From: Acidobacteriota bacterium
GTDB taxonomy: Bacteria > Acidobacteriota > Vicinamibacteria > Vicinamibacterales > JAMQPK01
Assembly: GCA_031395755.1 (NCBI GenBank)
Contig: JANNJO010000045.1
Coordinates: 1 to 55,551, forward strand
Reading direction: 5' to 3'
DNA: 55,551 nucleotides
Positions within the stretch are counted from its first letter, which is position 1. Each line of letters begins with the position of its first letter. Shown one piece after another: positions 1 to 10,546 of the stretch. The notes under the pieces were generated by a model. The model was not told the origin of the DNA and made no database searches. It was given only the letters and a program-made list of their open reading frames with translations. The position numbers and the translations under genes are program-made.

Positions 1-2
1 CG

Positions 3-704
3 GGCGCCGTTCACCTCGATCTCTTCGGCCTGAGCATTGTCGATACGGATCCGGCGCCGCTGAAAGCGTTCTTCTGGATCATCGAGCATCTCCTGGCCTC
101 TCGCGGCGTCTCGAATGATGTGCCGGTCGTCGTCTATGACGACACCTCCGGCATCAGGGCGGCGCGTGCGTTCTGGTTTCTGGAATTTTTCGGCCACCCT
201 GATACGCGTGTGCTGGACGGCGGCTATCAGGCATGGGTGGCGCGCAGGTTCCCGGTCACGCAGAAAGCCGCCAAACCCACCTCGACCGAATGGACCGGCA
301 CGCGAGACGACACGATTCTTGCCGGCTGGCGCGACGTTCGCGATCGCCTCGGCGGATCGAGCGTGGTGATGCTCGATACGCGAAGCGACGGGGAGTACTG
401 CGGCAGCAGCGTGCGGGCCGCGAGAGGCGGCGCGATCCCTGGCGCCGTCCATCTCGAGTGGACGAACAACCTCGGCACCGATGGCGCCTTCAAGCCGGCT
501 GCCGAACTAAAACAGATGTACGAAGACGCGGGCGTGACGCCGGACTGTGAAGTGGTCACCTACTGCCAGGGCGGGTACCGCGCGGCGCATTCCTACCTCG
601 CGCTGCGGTTGATCGGCTACCCGCGCGTCCGTAACTACATCGGATCGTGGAAAGAGTGGGGCGATCGAATCGATCTTCCCATCGAGCACCCGAAGGGACG
701 GTAA
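3..704 (+). CDS. Sulfurtransferase (two-domain rhodanese), 5' truncated by window edge
   Basis: Frame open from position 3 (GAVHLDLF...); VVVYDD, LDGG, GAIPGAVH, active-site loop YCQGGYRA, C-terminal YIGSWKEW. Confidence 0.92.
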   Translation, partial: GAVHLDLFGLSIVDTDPAPLKAFFWIIEHLLASRGVSNDVPVVVYDDTSGIRAARAFWFLEFFGHPDTRVLDGGYQAWVARRFPVTQKAAKPTSTEWTGTRDDTILAGWRDVRDRLGGSSVVMLDTRSDGEYCGSSVRAARGGAIPGAVHLEWTNNLGTDGAFKPAAELKQMYEDAGVTPDCEVVTYCQGGYRAAHSYLALRLIGYPRVRNYIGSWKEWGDRIDLPIEHPKGR

Positions 705-2087
705 ATGGACACCATCGATACGGTCGTGGATTTCATCAATGTGCAGCGCGATCGATACGTCGAGGAGCTGAAACAGTACCTCGCGATCCCCAGCATCAGT
801 GCGCTTCCGCAGCACCAGGGCGACGTGCGCCGTGCGGCCGACTGGAGCGCCGATCACATGCGCGGGATCGGCCTCGAGCGCGTGCAGGTGATCGACACCG
901 CCGGTAATCCGATTGTGTACGGCGAGTGGCTGAACGCGCCGGGTGCGCCGACGATTCTTTTTTACGGCCATTACGACGTCCAGCCTGTCGACCCGATCGA
1001 GCTGTGGGAATCACCGCCGTTCGAGGCGACCGTGCGCGAAGGGGAGATTTACGCGCGCGGGGCGGCCGACGACAAGGGGCAGATCTTCATGCACTTCAAA
1101 GCCATCGAGGCGCACATGAAGCAGACCGGCCGCCTGCCGCTGAACATGAAGGTGTTTCTCGAAGGCGAGGAGGAAGTCGGCAGCCTTCACCTCGATCAGT
1201 TCGTGCGCGAGAACAAACAACTGCTCGCCGCCGACGTCGTCGTCATTTCCGACTCGGCGATGTTTGCGCGTGAGATTCCATCGATCTGCTACGGCCTCCG
1301 CGGGCTTGTCTACTACCAGATCGATTTGCGAGGCACGAAGAGCGACCTGCACTCGGGCGTCTTTGGCGGCGCCATGGCGAATCCCGCGTTTGTGCTGACC
1401 CAGATCCTCGCTCAGATGAAGGACAAGAGCGGGCGGATCAAGATCCCCGGCTTCTACGATGCCGTCAGGGACTTAACCGAGGAGGAGCGGGCGGAGTGGA
1501 AGAAGCTGCCGTTCGACGAGAAGAAGTATCGCAAAGAGTGGGGGGCGCCGAAGCTGGCGGGCGAGTCCGGCTACTCGGTCCTCGAACGGTTGTGGGGCCG
1601 GCCCACGGTCGAGGTCAACGGCCTGCTGTCAGGGTTCACCGGCGAGGGACCGAAGACGGTCATTCCCGCCGTCGCGATGGCGAAGGTCAGCATGCGCCTG
1701 GTTCCCAACCAGGATCCGGACACGATCGCGAAGCTGTTCGAGGCATACGTCAGGAAGATCGCACCCGGGACCGTCGAGCTGAAGCTCACGCGCCTGCACG
1801 GGGGGAAGCCCTGGATGGCCGAGTTCGACAGCCCCTACATTCGCGCGGCCGGCCGCGCCATCGAAAAGGGATTCGGCAGGGCGCCGGTGTTCACGCGAGA
1901 AGGCGGGTCGATTCCGGTCGTGGCGACGTTCCAGGAGGAGCTGGGCATTCCCAGCGTGTTGTTCGGAGTCGGGCTTCCCGATGAGAACGCGCATGCGCCG
2001 AATGAAAAGCTCGACCTGGGAAATTTTCACGGCGGCATCATCGCCTCGGCTCATCTTTATCAGGAGATCGCGCAGCTTCGCCAGTGA
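705..2087 (+). CDS. M20-family metallo-dipeptidase (DapE/ArgE-like)
   Basis: GHYDVQP, ARGAADDKG, EGEEE, DLHSG, GGSIP, NAHAPNEK motifs. Confidence 0.93.
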   Translation: MDTIDTVVDFINVQRDRYVEELKQYLAIPSISALPQHQGDVRRAADWSADHMRGIGLERVQVIDTAGNPIVYGEWLNAPGAPTILFYGHYDVQPVDPIELWESPPFEATVREGEIYARGAADDKGQIFMHFKAIEAHMKQTGRLPLNMKVFLEGEEEVGSLHLDQFVRENKQLLAADVVVISDSAMFAREIPSICYGLRGLVYYQIDLRGTKSDLHSGVFGGAMANPAFVLTQILAQMKDKSGRIKIPGFYDAVRDLTEEERAEWKKLPFDEKKYRKEWGAPKLAGESGYSVLERLWGRPTVEVNGLLSGFTGEGPKTVIPAVAMAKVSMRLVPNQDPDTIAKLFEAYVRKIAPGTVELKLTRLHGGKPWMAEFDSPYIRAAGRAIEKGFGRAPVFTREGGSIPVVATFQEELGIPSVLFGVGLPDENAHAPNEKLDLGNFHGGIIASAHLYQEIAQLRQ

Positions 2088-2117
2088 GCCACCGCTTCGT
2101 GCCGCACGAGGAACAAC

Positions 2118-3188
2118 ATGAAACGAGTCGTCGTAACCGGTGGGCTTTGTGCGGTGTTCCTGCTGCGGCCGGTGTTCGCGGCGCCGCCGTCATTCGTCGA
2201 CATTACGTGGATGTCCATCGCGAACATGTATTACGAGCTCGGACCGCTGAGCATTGTGACCGACGGCTACATCAGCCGCCTTCCCCAAAGCGAGTTCTTC
2301 GGTGGAGGCGGGGGCTTCGCGCAGACGCGAAAGCCGTTCAGGCCGGACGTGGCCGCCGTCACCCGGGTGATGAACGCGCTGGGGACACCCTCGAAGGTGA
2401 ACCTGCTGCTCACCGGCCACAGTCATTGGGATCATTCATTCGATACGGCCACGTGGTCGAAGCTGACGGGCGCGCGTGTCATGGGGTCGAAGACGACCTG
2501 CCTGCAGGCCCAGGCCGAAGGCGTCCCGGCGGAGCGCTGCCGCGCCGTCTTCGGAGGCGAGGCCATCGCGCTGGGGGAAGGCGTCACGATGAGGGTCGTG
2601 CGGTGGAACCACAGCGGCGATCCGGCCGTGAACCCGGAGCAGCACAACCCGGTCGAGCTGACGTCGGTTCCTGTCCCCGATCCCGCGACGGGAGGTCTGC
2701 GCGCAGGCGTGGCGGAGGATTTCCCCAACGGAGGAGGGAACCGCGCCTTTCTGTTCACCGTGGCCGGGCCGCGGGGCTTCAGCTGGTTCTACAACAATTC
2801 CGCCAGCGCCATCGATCTGCACGTGCCCATCGTGATCGACGGAGTGGACTACGGTGCGCCGATCGAGAACCTTAAAGCTGCGATGAAGGATGCGAAGCTG
2901 GAATGGGTCGATCTGTGGATCGGTTCCGGCGGGGTCGCGGTCGCAAGGCTGGTCGTGCCGGTGCTGAGGCCGAAAACCTTCATTCCGGTGCATTGGGATG
3001 GCTTGTGGGGGGCGTTTGAAGCCGGCGTGCCGAAGCCGTATGGCGATCCGGCCCTCGAGACATTTCTCAAAGCGTCGGGCACGGCGGTGATGAAGCCGGC
3101 CCAGTACATGGACAAATGGCGGCTCGATCTTAGCGGCGTGCGGCCGATACCGAACCCCGAGGTAAAGAAGGCGCTTGGCTTCAATTAA
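2118..3188 (+). CDS. Exported metallo-beta-lactamase-fold hydrolase
   Basis: Signal-peptide-like N-terminus (MKR...PVFA); HxHxDH motif (HSHWDH); IPVHWD; RBS GAGGA upstream. Confidence 0.82.
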   Translation: MKRVVVTGGLCAVFLLRPVFAAPPSFVDITWMSIANMYYELGPLSIVTDGYISRLPQSEFFGGGGGFAQTRKPFRPDVAAVTRVMNALGTPSKVNLLLTGHSHWDHSFDTATWSKLTGARVMGSKTTCLQAQAEGVPAERCRAVFGGEAIALGEGVTMRVVRWNHSGDPAVNPEQHNPVELTSVPVPDPATGGLRAGVAEDFPNGGGNRAFLFTVAGPRGFSWFYNNSASAIDLHVPIVIDGVDYGAPIENLKAAMKDAKLEWVDLWIGSGGVAVARLVVPVLRPKTFIPVHWDGLWGAFEAGVPKPYGDPALETFLKASGTAVMKPAQYMDKWRLDLSGVRPIPNPEVKKALGFN

Positions 3189-3828
3189 GGATGTCAGGGC
3201 GCTGATCTTCGATTTCGACGGTCTGATTGTCGACAGCGAGAGCCCGGGCTACGTCGCCTGGTCTGAGCTGTATCGGTCGCTCGGCTGCACGCTGCCTTTC
3301 GAGAAGTACTCCGCGTGTATCGGCACCATCGGCGGCTTCGATCTTCACGCCTACCTGGAGGCACAATCCGGACGCGCGCTCGACCGCGACGGGCTCGAAG
3401 CGGCATGCACTTCGCGCTGGAAGGAGCTCATGAAGGCTCAGCCGCTGCTGCCCGGCGTCGCCGGTACCGTTGCCGCGGGGAAGGCACGGGGCATGAAGCT
3501 GGCAGTGGCATCGAGTTCGACGAGGGACTGGGTGGCCGGAAATCTCAGGAAGTTCCGTCTGCTCGATCGGTTCGATGCGATCTGCACGCGAGACGATGTG
3601 TCGGTGGTAAAACCCGATCCTGAACTGTATCTCCTCGCACTGCGGACGCTCGGCGTCAACGCGGATGAAGCGATCGCGTTCGAGGATTCCCCGAACGGCA
3701 TCCTCGCCGCCAAGCGCGCGGGAATCTTCTGTATCTTCGTGCCGAATCCGCTGACGAAACAGTTGTCTGGCGAGCTGGCGGACCGTCGATTGAATTCGCT
3801 GGAGGAATTCAGCTTCGATGACGTCTGA
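3175..3828 (+). CDS. HAD-superfamily phosphatase (subfamily IA)
   Basis: FDFDGLIVDSE motif I, VASSS, KPDP, FEDSPNG. Confidence 0.9.
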   Translation: MASIKDVRALIFDFDGLIVDSESPGYVAWSELYRSLGCTLPFEKYSACIGTIGGFDLHAYLEAQSGRALDRDGLEAACTSRWKELMKAQPLLPGVAGTVAAGKARGMKLAVASSSTRDWVAGNLRKFRLLDRFDAICTRDDVSVVKPDPELYLLALRTLGVNADEAIAFEDSPNGILAAKRAGIFCIFVPNPLTKQLSGELADRRLNSLEEFSFDDV

Positions 3829-4519
3829 CATCATTGCCATCGGCGGCGCCGCGTTTTCCGCCGAGCCGAGAAACCTTGCGCTCGACAAGTACATCCTCGA
3901 CCAGTCAGGCAAGGCCCGGCCGAAGATCCTGATGATTCCTACCGCGACGGGAGATAACGCGGAGTACGTCGCGAAATTCTACGCGGCGTACGCGGCGCTC
4001 GACGCCCGGCCCTCGCACCTGCCGTTCTTCCATCGCACTCCTGACTTGCGGCAGCTGGTTCTGGCGCAGGATGTGGTGTTCGTCGGCGGAGGAAATACGA
4101 AGAGCATGCTCGCGGTCTGGTGGGAGTGGGGCCTTCCCGAGATTCTTCAGGAGGCATCCGCGTCGGGCGTCGTCCTCGGAGGCGTCAGCGCCGGCGCGAT
4201 CTGCTGGTTCGAGCAGGGTGTCACCGATTCCTGGGCCGATCGCCTGCGGCCGCTCGAGTGCATGGGTTGGCTGCCAGGGAGTTGCTGTCCGCACTACGAC
4301 AGTGAGGTCGAGCGGCGTCCGGCGTATCACTCGCTCATATTGAAGAAGGAGATTCAGCCGGGTTATGCCATCGAAGACGGCGTGGCGGCGCACTTCCGGA
4401 ACGGGAGGCTCGAGCGCATCGTGTCGAAGAGAGAGGGCTCCCGTGCGTACCATGTGTCGGCCGACGGGGGAAAAATAAAGGAGGAAGCTCTCGCGCCGGC
4501 GCTGCTGACGCCGCGGTAA
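3818..4519 (+). CDS. Peptidase E / S51 family
   Basis: IPTA, VGGGNT, GVSAGA nucleophile elbow, CPHY. Confidence 0.9.
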   Translation: MTSDIIAIGGAAFSAEPRNLALDKYILDQSGKARPKILMIPTATGDNAEYVAKFYAAYAALDARPSHLPFFHRTPDLRQLVLAQDVVFVGGGNTKSMLAVWWEWGLPEILQEASASGVVLGGVSAGAICWFEQGVTDSWADRLRPLECMGWLPGSCCPHYDSEVERRPAYHSLILKKEIQPGYAIEDGVAAHFRNGRLERIVSKREGSRAYHVSADGGKIKEEALAPALLTPR

Positions 4520-4534
4520 ACTCTCCGTCAGCCG

Positions 4535-5371
4535 ATGATCGTCACGCGCTATCCATCCGCCGAAATGTTTCTCGCGGCAGCCCAGCCGCTGCTGATGCTG
4601 GCCGAAGCCGAGAACAACCTGATTCTGGGCGTGGCACAGGGCATCGCACGGAATCCGTCGGCCGCCCGTCACCCGTATCTCGCCACCGTGGGCAACAGCG
4701 ATCGTGTGCTCGCCTGCGCGGTACATATCGCGCCGTACAAGCTGGTGATCACGCGCGCGAATCGTGAGCCGGTCGTCGCGCTGGCGAAAGACGTGTTCGA
4801 GGCGATTCCCGAGGTGGACGGCGTGACCGGACCCGCCCGATCGGCTTCAGACTTTGCACTGGCCTGGAGCAAGCTGTCGGGCGTGGAACCGATACTCGGG
4901 ATGCGCATGCGAATCCACGAAACGCGCAAAGTCGTGGATTCCGATCGGCCAGGCCCGCCCGGTGAGTTCCGTGAGGCCACTCCAGCCGATCGAGATCTGC
5001 TCGCGGCCTGGACCGACGTCTTCGTGGCGGAAGCGAAAATTCCCGAGCCGGTTGATTCCTCGCGGGTGGTCTCAGACGCCATCGAACGTAAGCGCCTGCA
5101 CGTGTGGGAAAACGGCCGGCCCGTTTCGATGGCCGCATGGACTGGAAAGACCCCGAGCGGCGTGCGCATCAATTTCGTCTACACGCCGCGCGAGTTCCGT
5201 GGAACAGGTTACGGCACGGCCTGCGTCAGGGCGCTCACCACACAGCAGCTCCGGCAGGGCAACGCCTTCTGCTGGCTCTACACCGATCTGTCGAGCGCCG
5301 CTTCACCGAACATCTTCAAGCGCATCGGCTATTGGCCGGTGTCGGATGTGTCGGAGTACTACCTGAAATAG
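4535..5371 (+). CDS. GNAT N-acetyltransferase
   Basis: VYTPREFRGTGYG acetyl-CoA-binding motif A; LYTD...RIGY C-terminus. Confidence 0.88.
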   Translation: MIVTRYPSAEMFLAAAQPLLMLAEAENNLILGVAQGIARNPSAARHPYLATVGNSDRVLACAVHIAPYKLVITRANREPVVALAKDVFEAIPEVDGVTGPARSASDFALAWSKLSGVEPILGMRMRIHETRKVVDSDRPGPPGEFREATPADRDLLAAWTDVFVAEAKIPEPVDSSRVVSDAIERKRLHVWENGRPVSMAAWTGKTPSGVRINFVYTPREFRGTGYGTACVRALTTQQLRQGNAFCWLYTDLSSAASPNIFKRIGYWPVSDVSEYYLK

Positions 5372-5522
5372 TCATCAGTCGGCAGTCTCAGTCGTTGAGT
5401 CAATAGTCTCAGTCTCTCAGGCATGAGCCAATGTGGGTCGCGAACGTCAGTCGGTCGACTGCCGACCGGGACTACCAGACTGTTGACTGGGACTGACGAC
5501 TGATGACTACCGACTGACGACT
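5370..5522. repeat. Degenerate heptamer tandem repeats arranged as an inverted repeat
   Basis: Left arm of NNNAGTC units, right arm of GACTNNN units; 5370-5387 matches the reverse complement of 5505-5522 at 16/18; lies between convergent genes. Confidence 0.8.
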
Positions 5523-5531
5523 CGGGACGGC

Positions 5532-6386
5532 TCAATTCAGCGAAGCCACCCGTCGCCTCAGCGTCTTCACGTGCTCCCAGAGCTGTTCGTGATCGCTGCG
5601 CCCTTCTTCGTCGACAGTGGAGCCGGCCGTGGAGTGCAGGTACTGCTGCAGATCGCGCAGGGCGGCCGCGAAATCGTTCATGTGATAGGCGAGCAGGCCG
5701 CGGTCCCGCAACTCGGCGAGCGCGGGCGGATCGACGGCGAGCAGCAGCTCGGTGACGTTTCTGGCCTGCGGGAACGAGTGCAGCCGCACGTAGATGCGCT
5801 TCAGGTTCAACAGCATGCGCGTCAGCATCTGCGCTTTTGTCGCGGGCGCGAGCAGCGCGGGATCGAAGGCGGCCTCTTCTCCCACGTGCCGCTCGAGCAG
5901 GCGCCGGCAGTCGTTTTCCGACAGTCGCGCCCCCCGGTGAAACGGATCGAGGATGAGCGGCGCGAACCGCATCAGGAAGTGACCCGGAAAGTTGACCCCC
6001 TCGATCTGCAGGCCCGCGCGGCGCGCGACTTCCATGTAGACGACGGCGAGCGTGATGGGAATGCCGGTACGCCGCTCGATCACCTCGTTGAGAAAGCTGT
6101 TGCTGGGATCGTCGTAGCGCTCGCGGTTGCCCGTGAAGCCTTCCTCGTCGAACAGGTACGCGTTCAGCACATCGACCGCGGTTTCCGATCTGCGCACGTC
6201 CTGGAGGCAGCCGCTGGCCAGCAGCCGTTCGCGTGCAGCCGCGCCCATGGCGTCGAGCTGCTCGATGTACGGGGAAAGGTCCAGGGATGGGCACTCGAGC
6301 TTCGCGATCATGAGAGCCGGCGTCGCCAGATCGCGATCGGGGCTGGCCGCCAGCTTCGCGAACTCACTGATGAACGTGTCTTTCAT
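5532..6386 (-). CDS. SirB1-family (transglutaminase-like + TPR) protein
   Basis: GFTGN...YDDPSNSFLNEVIERRTGIPITL, GVNFPGHFL, ELRDRGLL. Confidence 0.9.
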   Translation of the reverse strand: MKDTFISEFAKLAASPDRDLATPALMIAKLECPSLDLSPYIEQLDAMGAAARERLLASGCLQDVRRSETAVDVLNAYLFDEEGFTGNRERYDDPSNSFLNEVIERRTGIPITLAVVYMEVARRAGLQIEGVNFPGHFLMRFAPLILDPFHRGARLSENDCRRLLERHVGEEAAFDPALLAPATKAQMLTRMLLNLKRIYVRLHSFPQARNVTELLLAVDPPALAELRDRGLLAYHMNDFAAALRDLQQYLHSTAGSTVDEEGRSDHEQLWEHVKTLRRRVASLN

Positions 6387-7084
6387 CGGGCGCGACCATT
6401 ATCGCGCACTACTCCCTCAACGCCGGCGAAAGTGAGGTCGCCGAGCCGGTCGACGATGAGATCGGCGCGTCCGAGCTCGGATGCCGGGTACGTATGTGTG
6501 ACGGCGACGCATCGGAGGCCGGCGTTCCCGGCCGCTTCGAGCCCCCAGTGAGAGTCTTCGATGGCGATGCAGGACGCCGGCTCGAAGAGGGGCCGGCCGT
6601 TGAGACGCTCGCGGAGTTTCGTCATGGCCAGAAGGTAGAGATCGGGCGCCGGTTTTCCGCGCACACCGTCCGACGCGGAGGCGATGGCCTCAAAGCATCC
6701 CCGCAGGCCTGCATGGTCGAGCACGATCGCGATCTCCGGCTCGAGGGCTCCCGACGCGATCGCCAGCGGCACCCGCTCGGCGAACATCTTGACGCACGCG
6801 GCGGCGCCGGGAAACAACACCGAACCGCTCGACAGCATCTCTTCCACGATTCGTGATTTCGACGCGATCCACCTGTCGATCCTCTCAGGGTCGATGGCCA
6901 GACGCCGGTCCGTTGCCAGCGCCTGAAACAGCCCCACATCGTCGTACCCGAGGTAGCGGGCGTAGTACTCCGTTTTGTCGAGTTCGATACCGTCTTCGTG
7001 AAGCACGGCTTGATAGGCGCGCAGATGCAGCGGCTCGCTGTCGGCGATGACCCCGTCAAAATCAAAAAACACGGCCTGCAGCAT
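6383..7084 (-). CDS. HAD-superfamily phosphatase
   Basis: Start ATG 7084 overlaps the upstream stop (TAATG); MLQAVFFDFDGVIADSE, GKPAP, IEDS. Confidence 0.88.
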   Translation of the reverse strand: MLQAVFFDFDGVIADSEPLHLRAYQAVLHEDGIELDKTEYYARYLGYDDVGLFQALATDRRLAIDPERIDRWIASKSRIVEEMLSSGSVLFPGAAACVKMFAERVPLAIASGALEPEIAIVLDHAGLRGCFEAIASASDGVRGKPAPDLYLLAMTKLRERLNGRPLFEPASCIAIEDSHWGLEAAGNAGLRCVAVTHTYPASELGRADLIVDRLGDLTFAGVEGVVRDNGRAR

Positions 7085-7698
7085 TATTGAAGGCGCTCGC
7101 CCGCGCGGATCGGCAAGGGCAGTCGACTTTCCCGCGGAGGGATCGGGCAGTCGAAATCGGGATTGTAGTAACAGTACGGATTGTAGGCCTTGTTGAAATC
7201 GATGGTGTACAAGCCGGTCGGCGTGCGATCGAGTTCGAGATACCGGCCGGCGGCGTATGTGTCCGTGCCGCTCGTCATATCGCTGAACGGAACGAAGAGC
7301 CGATTGACGTCCGCGCCCGCTTCGACAAAGGCGCCGAGCGTCAGCGACTGACCCTTCAGCGTGAACTCGAGGACGCCGACACGCTGCTGCTGCCGGATCT
7401 TCCCCGTCGAGGTGGGCATCTCCGCCACCGTCCGCTCTTGCGCCGGCTTCAACGATGCGGGTACCACGTACTCCGGATCGGGCGGGTAGTACTTGAGCGG
7501 CAGGAACTGGTCCATCTTGTCGGGCGGCACCGGTTTGTTCGGCTGGCTGCGGAACGCCGCGTCCTGAGCGGCACGGGCCGCCTGAACCTGGCTCACGTAG
7601 TCGCCGTCGGTATCTCCCGGCGGCGGATTGCCCGCGTTGCAGGCGTTGAGCGCGATGCCTGCGATCAGCACGATCCCGAAAGTCGTTTTTGATCTCAT
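7084..7698 (-). CDS. DUF1684-family lipoprotein
   Basis: Lipobox LNAC; TYAAGRYL and DFNKAYNPYC...CPIPP motifs. Confidence 0.85.
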   Translation of the reverse strand: MRSKTTFGIVLIAGIALNACNAGNPPPGDTDGDYVSQVQAARAAQDAAFRSQPNKPVPPDKMDQFLPLKYYPPDPEYVVPASLKPAQERTVAEMPTSTGKIRQQQRVGVLEFTLKGQSLTLGAFVEAGADVNRLFVPFSDMTSGTDTYAAGRYLELDRTPTGLYTIDFNKAYNPYCYYNPDFDCPIPPRESRLPLPIRAGERLQ

Positions 7699-9419
7699 TG
7701 AAAGATGTAGCTCCCGCGGCGAACCGTCTCGTCCGCAAGGCGCCGGCGCCTCACGACGGTATCAACCGGCGTCACCTTCAGCAACCGCCGCAGCGCCGCC
7801 AGATGCGTCCGCAGCGTATCGCCTTCTCCCAGGGCTGCCAGTACCTGCTTGGCGGACGCCTCGATCCGTGCCGCGGCGTCGTTGATGAAGATCGCTGCCG
7901 CGTCCGCGTGGAACGGCGCGAGGCTGCCCTCGGCGACCGCAGCCCGCATGGATGCGCTCTCTGCGCACGCCACAGCGATGATGATATCGGCAATGGCGAT
8001 CAGAATCTCCTGCTGTTCGGCGATGTCATCTCCGTAGCGCTGCAAGGCGAGGCCGAGCGTCATCAGCGCGACTTTCTTGAACGCCTCGACGGGCGCATCG
8101 GCAGGTCCCGGAGCCGCCAGGACTTCGTCCTGCAGCCGGCGAGCGGCCGGAAGCAGGGGAAGGTCACCCTTGAGCGCGCGACGGATCAGCATGCCGGGAA
8201 TGAGCAGCCGGTTGATTTCGTTCGTCCCTTCGAAGATGCGATTCACCCGGGCATCGCGGTAGTGCCGCTCGGCCGGATAGTCTTTGACGAAGCCGTTTCC
8301 CCCGTGGATCTGCACGTTCTCGTCGAGCACGAAATCGAGCGTCTCGCTGCCGGCGACTTTCGCAATCGACGCCTCGATGGCGAACTCTTCCATGACCGCC
8401 AGTACCGCTCCCGGTGCGGTGGCCTGCGCGATCGAGGCGTCGATGAGGCCCGCGGTTCGATAGAGCAGGCTCTCGACGGCGTAGGTCTGCACCGTCATCT
8501 CCGCGATCTTGTGTTTAATCGCCCCGAAGGTCGCGATCGGTTGGCCGAATTGCTTGCGCGTGGCCGCATATCGCGCGCTTTCGGCGATGGCCTCAGCCGC
8601 CCCGCCTACGCACATCGCGCCGAGCTTGTAACGACCGAAGTTGAGCACGTTGAAGGCGACCTTGTGGCCCTTGCCGATTTCGCCCAGGAGGTTCTCCGCA
8701 GGAACCTGCGCATCCTGAAGGAGCAGTGGCGTCGTTGACGACCCGTGCAGGCCCATCTTGTGCTCTTCGTTGCCGGTGCTCACTCCTGTGAATCCACGCT
8801 CCACGATGAAGGCGGTGAAGCGCTCGCCGTCGACTTTCGCAAAGACGATGAACAGGTCGGCGAACCCGCCGTTGGTAATCCACATCTTCTCGCCGCTCAG
8901 CGCGAAGCCGCCCCCGGGAAGAGGAGTCGCGCGCGCGGCGGCCCCCAGCGCATCCGAGCCGGAGCCCGCCTCGCTGAGCGCGTAGGCACCGACCATCTCG
9001 CCCGAAATCAACCTCGGCAGATAGCGGTTCTTTTGATCGGGCGTGCCGAAGTACAGGATCGGGCTGATGGCCAGGTTGCCCTGCGCCCCGAACGCCGCGC
9101 TGAACGACGCGCTGCCGGCGAGGTTGCGGCTCACGACCAGCGCCGCGGCCTTGTCGAGCCCGACGCCGCCGAACTCTTCCGGAGCGTCGACGCCAAGCAA
9201 CCCGAGCTCGCCCGAACGACGCAGTAGCTGACGCGCGAGGCTCCACTCTTTCTGCTCGAGGCGATCGATGCTGGGCACGACTTCCTTCGCCATGAACTCG
9301 CGGGCGGTCTGCGCAATGAGACGATGCTCGTCTGAAAGGCGCTCCGGCGTCAGCAAGGATTTGGTGTCGCCTGGCTCGAGCAGCCACGCGGCGCCCTTGG
9401 TGGCGCTCAGGATCGTCAT
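7695..9419 (-). CDS. fadE: Acyl-CoA dehydrogenase (long FadE-type)
   Basis: [47 protein letters not shown]; ATG 9419 overlaps the thiolase stop. Confidence 0.92.
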   Translation of the reverse strand: MTILSATKGAAWLLEPGDTKSLLTPERLSDEHRLIAQTAREFMAKEVVPSIDRLEQKEWSLARQLLRRSGELGLLGVDAPEEFGGVGLDKAAALVVSRNLAGSASFSAAFGAQGNLAISPILYFGTPDQKNRYLPRLISGEMVGAYALSEAGSGSDALGAAARATPLPGGGFALSGEKMWITNGGFADLFIVFAKVDGERFTAFIVERGFTGVSTGNEEHKMGLHGSSTTPLLLQDAQVPAENLLGEIGKGHKVAFNVLNFGRYKLGAMCVGGAAEAIAESARYAATRKQFGQPIATFGAIKHKIAEMTVQTYAVESLLYRTAGLIDASIAQATAPGAVLAVMEEFAIEASIAKVAGSETLDFVLDENVQIHGGNGFVKDYPAERHYRDARVNRIFEGTNEINRLLIPGMLIRRALKGDLPLLPAARRLQDEVLAAPGPADAPVEAFKKVALMTLGLALQRYGDDIAEQQEILIAIADIIIAVACAESASMRAAVAEGSLAPFHADAAAIFINDAAARIEASAKQVLAALGEGDTLRTHLAALRRLLKVTPVDTVVRRRRLADETVRRGSYIFQ

Positions 9420-10546
9420 AAGACAAGCTCCAGGATACCGGCGGCTCCCATGCCACCGCCGACGCACATCGTGACGAGCCCATAGCGCGCCTGCCTCCGC
9501 TGCATCTCGTACAGCAGGCTCGTCGTCAGCCGCGCTCCGGTGCAGCCGAGCGGATGACCCAGCGCGATGGCGCCGCCGTTGACGTTGAGGCGTTCCTCAT
9601 CCATAGGCAGCTCGCGCAGGCACGCCAGCACCTGCGCGGCAAACGCTTCGTTGAGCTCGATGAGATCGATGTCGGTCATCTTCAGGCCGGCCATCTTCAG
9701 GACCTTGTGAATGGCGGGAACGGGACCCGTGCCGAAGCGCTCCGGCGCGACGCCGGCCGTTGCGTACGCGACGAATCGCGCCAACGGCTTCAGGTTCCGT
9801 TCCTTCGCGAACCCGGCTGATGTGACGAGCACCGCGGATGCGCCATCGCTCATCTGCGAAGAGTTACCGGCCGTGACCGATCCATTCAGGTGAAACGCAG
9901 GACGCAGCTTCGACAGCGCCTCCATCGACGTGTCTCGACGCGGCCCTTCGTCGACTGCGAAGGATCCGATGGGAATCGTTTCGTCGCGAAACCTGCCGGC
10001 GTCCCATGCCGCCAGCGCGCGCTGATGACTGCGCAGCGCGAAGGCATCCTGCTGCTCGCGGGAGATCCCGTAGTCGCGCACGTGATTCTCCGCGACGAGA
10101 CCCGTCGTCAGGTACACATCAGGATAGCTGTCAACCAGCGCGGGGTTCGGCGCGATCTTGTTGCCGCCCATCGGGACCATGCTCATGCTCTCGGTGCCCC
10201 CGGCCATGATGACGCGTGCCGATCCGCTCTGAATACGATCGGCGGCAAACGCAATGGCCTGAAGGCCCGAGGCGCAGAAGCGGTTGATCGTCACGGCGGA
10301 GGCCTCGACCGGGAAACCCGCCCGGAGACTCGCGATGCGCGCGACGTTGAGCCCCTGTTCGGCCTCCGGCATGGCGCAGCCAAGTATCACATCCTCGATA
10401 TCGGACGCCGTGACGCCCTGCGCCCTGATGAGGGCTTCGCGCATGACGGCGGCCGCCAGTTCGTCCGGTCTGGTGGATCGCAGCGAGCCTGCCGGCGCCT
10501 TGCCGACGGGCGTCCGCACGGCAGAGACAATAAGCGCGTCAGCCAT
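9416..10546 (-). CDS. fadA: Acetyl-CoA C-acyltransferase (thiolase)
   Basis: [27 protein letters not shown] catalytic motifs; start [13 protein letters not shown]. Confidence 0.95.
   Translation of the reverse strand: MADALIVSAVRTPVGKAPAGSLRSTRPDELAAAVMREALIRAQGVTASDIEDVILGCAMPEAEQGLNVARIASLRAGFPVEASAVTINRFCASGLQAIAFAADRIQSGSARVIMAGGTESMSMVPMGGNKIAPNPALVDSYPDVYLTTGLVAENHVRDYGISREQQDAFALRSHQRALAAWDAGRFRDETIPIGSFAVDEGPRRDTSMEALSKLRPAFHLNGSVTAGNSSQMSDGASAVLVTSAGFAKERNLKPLARFVAYATAGVAPERFGTGPVPAIHKVLKMAGLKMTDIDLIELNEAFAAQVLACLRELPMDEERLNVNGGAIALGHPLGCTGARLTTSLLYEMQRRQARYGLVTMCVGGGMGAAGILELVL

Noticed and set aside
5370-5522. CRISPR array
   Set aside because: Units are about 7 bp and degenerate, with no spacers and no cas genes
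7085-7738. Long N-terminal extension of the HAD ORF (likewise for murD, ftsQ, the aminotransferase and acpS in the ORF track)
   Set aside because: Extensions overlap upstream genes; internal starts at stop/start junctions fit family N-termini
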